Source: an uncultured Chloroflexia bacterium
Lineage (GTDB): Bacteria; Chloroflexota; Anaerolineae; CG2-30-64-16
Reading direction: 5' to 3'
DNA length: 64,000 nucleotides
Assembly: GCA_963810095.1 (NCBI GenBank)
Contig: CAWEMM010000007.1
Span: 192,001-256,000 of the forward strand
Both the position numbers and the translations under genes were made by a program. Below the pieces are notes generated by a model. The model was given only the letters and a program-made list of their open reading frames with translations, did not search any database and was not told the DNA's origin. Of this stretch, positions 12,226 to 22,104 are shown one piece after another (within the stretch, counting starts at the first letter, position 1; each line of letters opens with the position of its first letter).

Positions 12226-13407
12226 ATGTTCTGGGAGCTGCGTGTTATCCTCCTGGTTGTTGGGGTGACGGGCGCTTACGCTTCTGTGCCGGATACTAGG
12301 GATGCAAGCATCGCACGAAATGCTCCAATATCCGCGCAGGCGGCGCCGGGCTGGCAGCAAGTCAACACCAGCGGCTTCGGAACTCAGCAGGCTGTTGAGG
12401 TGACTGCACTGGAAGTATTCGCTAGCAATCTCTATGCGGGGACCGCAAATCCGACCGACGGGGCCCGCATATTCCGGTCGCAAGATGGTACGAGCTGGAC
12501 GCCTGTTTCTCAACCGGGCTTCGGCGTTGGGACAGACACCCGCCCGCGGGCGATTCTCGACCTGTTGGCCTTCAGGGGGGGACTCTATGCAAGCACCGGC
12601 CGGAACGACAATGCTGCGCAGATCTGGCGTGCGATGGATGGAGTCACCTGGGCGCCCATGGTTATCGCAGGTTTCGGCAATCCCGACACCGTCGATATCA
12701 CGGCCCTGACCGAATACGCCGGCGCAATCTACGCTGGAGCCACAAACCTGATCTCCGGTGCGCAGATATGGCGCAGCGCTAGCGGAGACAACAACACCTG
12801 GACGCAGGTTGGTCCCTCAGTGCCGGGAACGGCAGCCGCGACGATCACGGGATTCGCCGTCCACGGTGGCGAACTATATGCCGTGGTCGAGTCCAACGGA
12901 CCCGCGCAGGTCTGGCGTAGCACCACGGGCAGCGATTGGACAACCGTGATGAGCGACGGTTTCGGTAATAATCTGACGACATCCACTGGCGGCATGGCCG
13001 AGTTTGGCGGCTATCTGTACGCAGGGGCAGGAAATGTAGCCGAAGGTGCACAGTTGTGGCGCTCTCGGGATGCGGTGAATTGGGAACCTGCAATCACCCC
13101 CGGCTTCGGTGATACGAACAACAAAATGATCGAGTCCGTGTTCGTCTTTCAAAATCAGCTCTACGCCAGCACGAAGAACGACCTAACAGGCATGGAACTC
13201 TGGCGGTCGGCCAATGGGATAGCCTGGGAGCGTGCTAACCTTGATGGGTTCGGCGACAGTAATAACACCGGTTCAAACCGGAGCAATGCTACAGCGAACT
13301 TTCCAGGTCACTTGTATGTAGGCACGTCGAATCTCGTAGACGGCGGTGAGGTGTGGCGGATGGATCAACAGCAGCAACGCACGCTTCTCCCTCTCGTTGC
13401 CCGCTAA
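12226..13407 (+). CDS. Secreted beta-propeller repeat protein
   Basis: About seven repeats of GFG-x-(F)xGxLYAG-x-GAQIWRSxDGxxW; C-terminal LLPLVAR. Confidence 0.8.
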   Translation: MFWELRVILLVVGVTGAYASVPDTRDASIARNAPISAQAAPGWQQVNTSGFGTQQAVEVTALEVFASNLYAGTANPTDGARIFRSQDGTSWTPVSQPGFGVGTDTRPRAILDLLAFRGGLYASTGRNDNAAQIWRAMDGVTWAPMVIAGFGNPDTVDITALTEYAGAIYAGATNLISGAQIWRSASGDNNTWTQVGPSVPGTAAATITGFAVHGGELYAVVESNGPAQVWRSTTGSDWTTVMSDGFGNNLTTSTGGMAEFGGYLYAGAGNVAEGAQLWRSRDAVNWEPAITPGFGDTNNKMIESVFVFQNQLYASTKNDLTGMELWRSANGIAWERANLDGFGDSNNTGSNRSNATANFPGHLYVGTSNLVDGGEVWRMDQQQQRTLLPLVAR

Positions 13408-13437
13408 ACACCAGACGCAGAACGGAGTGGGGTCAAG

Positions 13438-15864
13438 ATGCTCAAAGTTAAATGTGCTCTCAGGTTGCGAGCCGCGGTTTCTGTCGCAGCCACGGTCCTG
13501 TTGATGGCGGGTCTCCTGATCGCCCCCGCAGCTGCCGCCGAAGGCGCGTCGATTGCGGCGTTATCAGTGGTCCCAAGCTGGACGCAAGGTTCCCAACAAG
13601 CGGTTAAGTCCCACCTCATCATCGAAAACGTGGGCCAGTATGCCGAGGGGGCTCGATTCCTGCTCAAGCAGGGCGAGCGGCGCATTTGGCTCACTCAGGA
13701 TGCGGTTTGGCTGACGGTGCCCGATCCTCGCGTTGAGGGCGGGGCTGCGGTTCGCCCGGTGGGTCGCGAGCGGAACCCGGCCGCGATCGCACGGCCCGGA
13801 ACGGCCCTCCGCTTCACCTTTGCAGGCGCGAACTCGACACCCACACTCGAGCCTTACGGCCCTGTGCCGACGAAGGTCTCGTACCTGATCGGCAATGACC
13901 CGGCGGGTTGGCAGACCAATGTGCCGGTTTGGTCTGGGGTACGCTACCGCGACCTCTACCCGGGGGTCGACCTGGTTATCGGTGACGGCGCGGGCGGCGC
14001 CGTGCCGTGGCGCCTCGAAGCTCAGCCCGGAGCCAACCTGCAGGCCGTCGCACTCCGGGCCGAAGGGGCCGATTCCGTCACGGCAGAGGCGAGTGGGCTC
14101 CGCCTTGTGATCAAGGGCCGGGCTATCAATGTGTCCTTGCCGGTCTGGTCACTGCTCGGACAGCCGGATCTGGTTGGCAGCACAGCCGTGCAACAAGCCG
14201 ACGGGGCATCGTTCGCGTTGGCGCCCGCGTCCGAGCCAGAAGCCGGCACCGTGGAGACCGCCGACGCCTTCGAAGTGCTGGCTGCAGGGGATCTCGTCTA
14301 TAACACACCGCTGGCGGGTTCGGCATACGATGCAGGATATGGCATTGCCGTCGACGCTGCGGGCAATGCGTATATCACGGGTGAGTCCCAATCTACCAAT
14401 CTTCCGGTTACTCCTGGAGTCTACGATCCCAGTAGCATTGGCGAGTCCAGTGAGGCTTTTGTCGCCAAGTTCGATCCCGCCGGGACGTCGCTGCTCTACC
14501 TCACCTATCTTGGCGGTTCGGGCTCCGACATCGGATGGGGGATCGCGCTCGCCGGCAATCTGGCGTATGTGGTGGGCGAGACGACATCGACGAACTTCCC
14601 CGGCATGACGGGAACGGTGGTGGGCACTGATGCTTTCGTTGCGGCCCTTAACGCCGATGCAACCGGAGTCAGGTACGTGACGCGGCTAGGCGGCTCAGCA
14701 TACGATGCCGGCTATGGAATCGCGGTCGAGGGGCTGGACGCCTACCTCGTAGGTCTGACCCAGTCCCCGGATTTGCCCGGCACGGGCTGTGGCGGCGGCG
14801 CCAGCGGGGACCTGGTGGTCGCCAAGTTCGGCCCACTTGGCGGCAACCCCGTGTATGCAACCTGCCTCGTCAACCCCGACTTCGAAGCAGGCTACGGCAT
14901 TGCCGCACGCGGTGGAGCCGCTTATGTGGTGGGTGAGACCTTTGTGCCGGCGACAACTGACCGCGACATGGTCGTGGCGCGTTACGATGCGAGCGGAGCG
15001 TTGAGCGGCGGAAGGGAGATTGAGGGTTCCGCCGATGACGTTGGTAAAGGCGTTGCCGTCGACGGGTTTGGCAGCATCTACGTCACGGGGACTACGGAGA
15101 GCTCCACTAGCTTCCCCATAACTCCGAACACGGCGCCGTGGGGCGGCGGTACAAGAGACGCGGTCGTTGTCAAAATGTCCTCTGACTTCAACATTGGTTT
15201 TGCCACCTTCCTGGGGGGAGACGGCGACGACTCCGGGTATGGGATTTCGGTCGACACCGTTCAAGCCATGTATGTGGCCGGCACGACAACATCCGCCACT
15301 TTCCCCATGACCGCCGGGGCCTACGATACGGCGCTCGACGGCGCCAGCGACGTGTTCGTCGCGCGCATGCACTTGCAGAGCGCGGCTCAGGACAAGGTCA
15401 CCTACGCCACGTATTTGGGCGGCGCTTATGAGGACTGGGGTTACGGCGTCGCGACGGATACGGGGGGTCATGCCTTTGTGACCGGCAGCAGCGCGACATC
15501 GGGGAACTTTGACTCGAATAACGCGTTTGTGGCGAAGCTCAAAGTGAGCAGCCCACTGGGCCCGCCTTCTCCGGTGTCAATTGGTGTCAGCGGTTCAAGT
15601 GCTCTCTTGACCTGGCCTGGAGTAGCGGGCAGGAGCTATTACCAGGTCTTCCGCAGCACCCAGCCGTACTTCCAACCCGGAGACTGGAGCAGCGGGCTCC
15701 CGGTGTCCCAGCCGACCGCAACATCCTATACGGATGTCAACGTACTCCCAACGGTGAACGCTTACTTCTACGTGGTCAAGACTGTCAATGCAGCACCGGC
15801 GGCCAGTGCGAACTCCAATCGCGTGGGCAAGTTCACCTTCCAGCTCGTGAAGGGAACGCCCTAA
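13438..15864 (+). CDS. Secreted SBBP beta-propeller repeat protein with C-terminal FN3-like domain
   Basis: Signal peptide; IIENVGQY, SYLIGNDPAGW, YRDLYPGVDL N-terminal domain; repeated YLGGSxxDxGYGIAVD..YxxGxTxS. Confidence 0.85.
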   Translation: MLKVKCALRLRAAVSVAATVLLMAGLLIAPAAAAEGASIAALSVVPSWTQGSQQAVKSHLIIENVGQYAEGARFLLKQGERRIWLTQDAVWLTVPDPRVEGGAAVRPVGRERNPAAIARPGTALRFTFAGANSTPTLEPYGPVPTKVSYLIGNDPAGWQTNVPVWSGVRYRDLYPGVDLVIGDGAGGAVPWRLEAQPGANLQAVALRAEGADSVTAEASGLRLVIKGRAINVSLPVWSLLGQPDLVGSTAVQQADGASFALAPASEPEAGTVETADAFEVLAAGDLVYNTPLAGSAYDAGYGIAVDAAGNAYITGESQSTNLPVTPGVYDPSSIGESSEAFVAKFDPAGTSLLYLTYLGGSGSDIGWGIALAGNLAYVVGETTSTNFPGMTGTVVGTDAFVAALNADATGVRYVTRLGGSAYDAGYGIAVEGLDAYLVGLTQSPDLPGTGCGGGASGDLVVAKFGPLGGNPVYATCLVNPDFEAGYGIAARGGAAYVVGETFVPATTDRDMVVARYDASGALSGGREIEGSADDVGKGVAVDGFGSIYVTGTTESSTSFPITPNTAPWGGGTRDAVVVKMSSDFNIGFATFLGGDGDDSGYGISVDTVQAMYVAGTTTSATFPMTAGAYDTALDGASDVFVARMHLQSAAQDKVTYATYLGGAYEDWGYGVATDTGGHAFVTGSSATSGNFDSNNAFVAKLKVSSPLGPPSPVSIGVSGSSALLTWPGVAGRSYYQVFRSTQPYFQPGDWSSGLPVSQPTATSYTDVNVLPTVNAYFYVVKTVNAAPAASANSNRVGKFTFQLVKGTP

Positions 15865-15877
15865 CGATATAGCCCGA

Positions 15878-15923
15878 CCGTTGCAGTGGCCGAGGGACCT
15901 AGGTCGCTCGGCCACTGCAACGG
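15878..15923 (+). terminator. Stem-loop after the SBBP gene
   Basis: CCGTTGCAGTGGCCGAG...CTCGGCCACTGCAACGG, perfect 17-bp arms. Confidence 0.65.
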
Positions 15924-16054
15924 CATCAGAATACAGAAGTTGCCACTTCTGCACCGGGTGTGAGCGGAAGTCCAGCGCTTATGCTTGATCAGGAGGCGGT
16001 TTTCTGCGTGGTCAAAACCTGATAGGTTAGTTGATTATTACAACAGGTTATAAC

Positions 16055-16633
16055 ATGTCTCGCACACCCGCATCACGCCAACGTAGCATTCTCGAGCTAC
16101 TCGATGTCCGGCACATCCTGACGGTACAGGAACTGGCCGCGGAACTTGGCGTCTCGGCCATGACCGTACACCGTGATCTAAATAAGCTGGCTAGCAGCGG
16201 CCGGTTGGTCAAGACGCACGGGGGCGTCGCCCTACCCGCGCAGCCGCAGAACGGTAGCAGCGTACCTGCTTCTTGCGCGATGTGCAACCGTCCCGTTCCG
16301 GAGCGCAGCGCGGTCATCATGCAAAGCCAGCGCTTCGGCCGCATGATCGCCTGTTGCCCGCACTGCGGAGTGAGCCTGCTCGAGCGCAACACGCCGGCCG
16401 ATTTGATGCTGGTCACCGACTTCCTCTATTGTCAGATGGTCAGCGCGAACGACGCGAGCTACGTGGTCGGAAGCGATGTCGCATCGTGTTGCCGGCCAGG
16501 GGTGCTCGCGTTTGCCGGCCCCGACGTCGCAGTGCGATTTCAACGCGGATTTGGCGGCGAGATCATGAGTTTCGCGCAGGTGCGGCACCACTTGCGCTGC
16601 AGCATGTCGGTTACTGAAGAGCCTCGGCGGTAG
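16055..16633 (+). CDS. DeoR-HTH + NosL-like Cys-rich domain, YcnK-like copper-sensing regulator
   Basis: DeoR HTH (ELAAELGVSAMTVHRDL...HGG); CAMC, CCPHCG, CCRP..LAF..FQRGFGG match the B. subtilis YcnK architecture. Confidence 0.8.
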   Translation: MSRTPASRQRSILELLDVRHILTVQELAAELGVSAMTVHRDLNKLASSGRLVKTHGGVALPAQPQNGSSVPASCAMCNRPVPERSAVIMQSQRFGRMIACCPHCGVSLLERNTPADLMLVTDFLYCQMVSANDASYVVGSDVASCCRPGVLAFAGPDVAVRFQRGFGGEIMSFAQVRHHLRCSMSVTEEPRR

Positions 16634-16673
16634 GCGGCATCCCTCGCAATCACTACCATCGAGGAGGGAAACC

Positions 16674-17108
16674 ATGTGGCGTTATCTGAGCCTGAGCCTG
16701 TTGCTTATCTGTGTGGCTGCGGCGTTGATCGGATGTGCTGTTGAGAGCCTGGCGGCTAGCAATGCGTTTTCATACGCTTGTGCAGCCGGCGGCGAGTGTG
16801 GGGTTTTCTTGACTCTCACCAATTCGAACAGTCAACCTGACACTCTCGTTTCGGCCAGAACCGATGTTGCCGATCACGCGGAGCTGCACACAGTTGTGAT
16901 GGACATGAAGGGCGGCATGAAGATGCAGCAAGTGGCGGACATCGCACTGCCGGCATCGAGCTCCGTTGAGCTTAAGCCGGGAGGGTTCCATGTCATGCTC
17001 TTCGGCTTGAACAAGGAACTGAAAGCCGGAGACACATTTCCGCTGACTCTCAAGTTCGACAAGGGCGGCGAGCAGACGGTGCAGGTCCAGGTCAGGACCA
17101 AGAACTGA
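16674..17108 (+). CDS. Copper chaperone PCu(A)C, probable lipoprotein
   Basis: Lipobox LIGC; ELH...MKM...LKPGGFHVML motif. Confidence 0.88.
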   Translation: MWRYLSLSLLLICVAAALIGCAVESLAASNAFSYACAAGGECGVFLTLTNSNSQPDTLVSARTDVADHAELHTVVMDMKGGMKMQQVADIALPASSSVELKPGGFHVMLFGLNKELKAGDTFPLTLKFDKGGEQTVQVQVRTKN

Positions 17109-17121
17109 GTCGAGAAGAAGC

Positions 17122-17613
17122 ATGAGGAAGACAAAACGGCTTCGTCCTGCACTCGCGGCAGCGCTTGTCCTGACGCTTGCGGTCGGATGCGGCGGCATGG
17201 GTTCGCAGCGGGCCGCAACGAACGCCAGACCTGAGGCGGCATCGACATTGGATCCGTTCCAGCAGGCGCTCGCGCCGGAGGGCTCCACCTTAGGGGTCAA
17301 GCGGCAGGACGAAATGCTCGTGTGGCTTAGTAGCAAGCCCGCACAACCCGCGCGCGGCGCCGCCGAGATTGACGCGTACCTGGTGAGCACAGATGGCCAG
17401 CCCGTTACGGCTGCCAAGGTCACTTTCGACACTGACATGACCAACATGAGCCACGGCCAGTACCTGGTGCCGGCGCAGCCCGCGGGGGATGGCCATTATG
17501 TTGGACAGGTGCACTTCTCGATGCCGGGTCCCTGGCGTGTGATCGCCATCGTGGAACGCGCTGGTCACGAGCCGGCAAGGGTACGTTTCGAGTTTTCGGT
17601 GAGTTCCAAATAG
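17122..17613 (+). CDS. YtkA/FixH-like Ig-fold lipoprotein
   Basis: Lipobox AVGC; DMTNMSHG...GHYVG..FSMPGPW. Confidence 0.75.
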   Translation: MRKTKRLRPALAAALVLTLAVGCGGMGSQRAATNARPEAASTLDPFQQALAPEGSTLGVKRQDEMLVWLSSKPAQPARGAAEIDAYLVSTDGQPVTAAKVTFDTDMTNMSHGQYLVPAQPAGDGHYVGQVHFSMPGPWRVIAIVERAGHEPARVRFEFSVSSK

Positions 17614-17616
17614 GAG

Positions 17617-18279
17617 ATGTCGATGAGCCTCATTGTAGCGATACTGTTATCTGTCGGTTTTGCCGCAATCAGTCTGGGCGTTGGCATCCATCTCTTGCGC
17701 TACCGGAGCGCAGTTACGGAAATGCTCGGCATGATGATAGGGATGACGATGGGCATGATGTCTGGCATCGCCATCGGCTACTATATCGGGGCGGCGACCG
17801 ATATGTTCACAAGTAACCTCGTCGGCGTCGCGGTCGGGCTGGCATTTGGTGCCGGCTTCGGCAGTCAGGGCGGGTTGATGGGCGCCATGGATGGCGGTAT
17901 GGGCGGGTTCATGGGGGGCATGATGGGTGGGATGCTAGGCGTCATGATCAACATCTCCCCGCTGGCGGTCTGGGTCACGGCAGGCTTTACGACCGCCATC
18001 TGCCTGGCCATATACATTGGATTGATCCGTCTGGTACAGAATAGCTCCACCAAGCGGTATGCCAAGGACCCGGTGTGCGACATGTTGGTGGATGTTAGAA
18101 CGACGAAACTGACGAGCGAGTATCACGGCGCGACCGTATACTTCTGTGCTCCCGGCTGCAAGATCGCTTTCGACAAGGACCCCGAGCGGTACCTGGTGCT
18201 AAGCTTGCGTCAGCAAGCCTTGGACCAGCGCTCGATTTCTGGTGTTGGCAGCGGTCCTCGAGAGGCTATGGATGTCTGA
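17617..18279 (+). CDS. Met/Gly-rich membrane protein fused to a YHS domain
   Basis: TM helices MLGMMIGMTMGMMSG and GGMGGFMGGMMGGMLG; YHS motif KDPVCDM...YFCAPGCKIAFDKDPERY. Confidence 0.8.
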   Translation: MSMSLIVAILLSVGFAAISLGVGIHLLRYRSAVTEMLGMMIGMTMGMMSGIAIGYYIGAATDMFTSNLVGVAVGLAFGAGFGSQGGLMGAMDGGMGGFMGGMMGGMLGVMINISPLAVWVTAGFTTAICLAIYIGLIRLVQNSSTKRYAKDPVCDMLVDVRTTKLTSEYHGATVYFCAPGCKIAFDKDPERYLVLSLRQQALDQRSISGVGSGPREAMDV

Positions 18280-21200
18280 TCTCAAAAACGTCACGTTTCC
18301 CGTCACGGGCATGACGTGCGCCAATTGCGCAGCGGCAATCGAGAGAAATGTCCGCAAGCTTCCCGGCGTCGATGTGGCGAACGTGAACCTCGCTAATGAG
18401 AAGCTGACCGTCGCGTTCGATCCCGCGCAGCTCGACGAACACGGCATCATCGCCCGGGTCGAGCACATCGGCTACGGTATCCCGACCGGAAACATTGAGT
18501 TACCCATTACCGGTCTCAAGGATAACTCCGACGCTTTGACGCTGGAGAAGTTGTTGGCGCGTCAGGAAGGCGTTCTGGCTGCCAGCGTGAGCTATGGGAC
18601 CGAACGGGCGACGCTCAAGTACATCCCGGGCTTGACCAGCATTGCGGAACTGGCCAGGATCGTCCGTAAGGCAGGGTTCGATCTCGTCCAGGCGGGCGAA
18701 GCCGAGTCCATCGAAGATGCAGAAGCCCATGTGCGCACGGCTGAGATCAACCGCCAGAGAAAGCTGCTGATCACCGGCATTATCTTCACGACGCCGCTGG
18801 TCGCGTACAGCATGGCGCGCGACTTCATCGTGCCGTTCAAGGGCGACCTGTGGGTGATGCTGTTCCTCGCGACGGTTGTCCAGTTCGTGGTTGGCTCGCA
18901 GTACTACGAGGGGGCGTACAAAAGCCTCCGCGCTGGCGGCGCGAACATGGACGTCCTGATCGCCCTCGGCTCTTCGGTGGCATATTTCTTCAGCTTAGGC
19001 GTCGTTATTCATCTCATTCCAAGCCCCAACGTCTATTTCGAAACCGGCGCTGCGATCATCACCCTCATCATGCTCGGGAAGTTTCTGGAGGCGCGGCGCG
19101 TGGCAAGACGTCGGAGGCGCTGAAAGCACTGATGGGGTTGCGTGCCCGAACTGCACATGTCATCCGCGACGGCGTTGAGACCGAAATCGATGCGGATCAG
19201 GTCGTCGTGGGTGACATTCTCATCGTGCGGCCGGGCGAGAAGGTCCCCGTAGACGGCGTTATCAGCGAGGGGCGCTCTGCTTTCGATGAGTCGATGCTGA
19301 CCGGCGAGTCGATGCCGGTCAGCAAAGGTCCCGGCGACGAGATTATCGGCGCGACGATCAACAAGGAAGGGTTGATCAGGTTCGAAGCCAGCAAAGTGGG
19401 CAATAACACCACGCTGGCACAGATCGTGCGCATGGTCCAGGACGCCCAGGGAAGCAAGGCGCCCATCCAGAAGCTGACCGACCGTGTCAGCACCTACTTT
19501 GTCCCCGCCGTGATTGCTATTGCGCTGCTGACGTTTCTTGGTTGGCTGCTGCTGACCCGTGCCGAGTGGTCCGGTGCGATGATCAACGCAGTAGCGGTGC
19601 TCGTGATCGCCTGTCCGTGCGCCCTTGGCCTCGCTACCCCGACTGCGATCATGGTTGGCACGACAAAGGGCGCGGAGAGCGGCATCCTCTTCAAGAACAG
19701 CGAAGCGTTGGAACGCGCAGGCAAGGTAACGGTTGTGGTGCTGGACAAGACCGGCACAATCACCCGCGGGGAGCCAGCCGTGACCGACGTCTTCGCCATG
19801 GGGCATGATGCCAGGGCTCCGGGGGCGGCCTTCACCGAGGAAGAAGTGTTGCGCCTGGCGGCCAGCGCCGAGCGCGGGTCGGAGCATCCGCTGGGACGGG
19901 CGATTGTCGAAGCCGGGACAGCCAGAGGGCTGCAACTGGTGGACCCCACCTCCTTTAAGGCTGTCAGTGGCTTCGGTATTCGTGCCACCCTGCAGGATCA
20001 AAGCCTCATCATCGGTAACCCTCGAATGCTGCAGAACGAAGGCATTGCGATCGACTCGCTCCATCCGGACATCGCACGGCTCCAGTCCGAGGGGAAGACT
20101 GCAATGCTTGTCGCAGTTCGCCCCCCGAACGGTGAGGCAGCCGCCCAGTTGATCGGCCTCATAGCGGTCGCCGATACGGTCAAGCCCGGGGCGCGCGAAG
20201 CCATCGAGGAGCTGCGCCAGCTAGGGCTGGACGTTGTGATGATCACCGGCGACAACCAGCGCACCGCGGAGGTGATTGCGAAACAGGTCGGCATCGAGCG
20301 CGTGCTGGCCGAAGTGCTGCCCGGCGACAAGGTTAACGAAATCAAGAGACTGCAGGGCGGGGGCCAGGCAAACAAAGGACGCCAACTTGTGGCCATGGTC
20401 GGCGATGGCATCAACGATGCGCCCGCGTTGGCACAGGCCGATGTCGGCATTGCTATCGGCACGGGCACGGATGTTGCTATCGCGGCGGCCGGCATCACCT
20501 TGATCGGCGGTGAGTTGCATGGGGTAGCGCGCGCGATCTCGCTGTCGCGTGGCACTATGCAGACCATCGTGCAGAACCTCTTCTGGGCCTTCTTCTACAA
20601 TATCGTACTGATCCCGCTCGCGGCGTTCGGCTTTCTCGTCCCCATGGTGGCGGCCGGCGCAATGGCGTTCAGTTCCATCTTCGTGGTCACAAATAGCCTT
20701 AGAATGCGCGGATATGATTTCGAGAAGCTAACCGCGCCGAAACCGCTGGCGCGCCAGTTGGTCGAGATGACGCCGCGCTTGATTGCACCGGCAGGCGCAC
20801 TAGCGTTGCTCATGGCAGTCTCTCTCGGCTGGCTGATGCCGGCGAAGGCACAGGAACTGGCGAAGGTCTACTCGGGGCCGAGAACCAATTCCTACCGGGT
20901 CCTCATCAATCCCACAACTCCCATCGTCGCAGGAAATGCAACCCCGCTCGACGTGGAGATTATTGATCAGTTCGGCAAGCGAGCCACCGAGTTTCGGACC
21001 TTCGATTACGGCACGCTCAAGTACTATGCCTACCTGGCCATCATTCGGCGGGACCTTGAAGCTCTACAAGTCACCCCGTTGTTTCTCAGGCCCGACCCCA
21101 AGCCTGATCCGAGCCTGGGTGGGGCGGTTGACCCGATGTCAGCGCGGCCGTTTGAACAGCGCGTCATTCTGCCAAAGATCGTGTTCCCGAACGAGGGCCA

Positions 21201-21639
21201 ATACGTCGCATTCGTGTACTTCTGGCCCATCGGCGACCAGAAAGTCACCCTTAGCGTGCCTATCGACGTCAGCTCGACCCGAACTTCCGGGGCGACCCTG
21301 GTATCGGATCCGTCACCCTCGCGAGTGGTTGAAGGGTTGCAGGTCGCCCTCAAGACCCGGGGGCCGTTGGTGGCGGGCGAGGACAGCAGTATCAAATTCG
21401 AGGCAATCGATGAGGGGGGCCAGTCCCGCTCTCGCGAGATCGCGGTGCAGTCCAAGACATATGCCCGCCTCTTCCTTATCGATGAGCAGGCAACCACGTT
21501 CATGGAAGAGAGCCTGGCTGATCCCAACAACCTGGAGTTTACGGTGAACTTCCCAAAGCCTGGGATGTACAAAGCCTGGCTCGAGTTCAAGCATGAACGG
21601 GAGACGCAACGAATCCCGTTCGTTATAGAGGTGAAGTAA
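18272..21639 (+). CDS. copA: Cu(I)-translocating P1B-1 ATPase with extra C-terminal TM and extracytoplasmic domains (frameshift near 19097)
   Basis: [38 protein letters not shown], YNxxxxP, MAFSS. Confidence 0.92.
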
Positions 21640-22104
21640 GCGCAATGGCGCATTCCCGAAGGAGCCATGCGGTGAACAAGTTCCTGGATGGGGTGATGAT
21701 TCTGATGGCGTTGACGATCGCGATCGACCGGGAGTCTCTGAATGTCGGTCAGACGGCAGGGCGCTGACGCGCGCGGACGCAGGGACTGTGCCGATGAAGT
21801 GTCACTGGGCCGCGAGCTTCATGTTGGCTTGGCTGTAACAGGCTTGCTGGTCACGCATGCACGGCGGCTCATCTCAGCAGGAGCTCCGCGCGATCGAAAT
21901 GGCAGATGGCCGCATCCAGGAGCCGTCCCTGCTCCCATAGGGGGACATATGATCAGATCGCATACGGGTGACGAAACGAGCCAGTGGGGTGAGCCGGTAG
22001 TCCGATCAGGGGGTGACGGTTGAGTGCGGTGAAAGTGCCGGAGGTCCAGTCAGTGTTCCGGGGCCAGCCTTCGCGCTGGCGAGCTGTTCCTGAGCTTTCT
22101 CCGT

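Noticed and set aside
21673-21768. Possible 31-codon ORF VNKFLDGVMILMALTIA after copA
   Set aside because: Short, no recognisable family, ambiguous RBS spacing.
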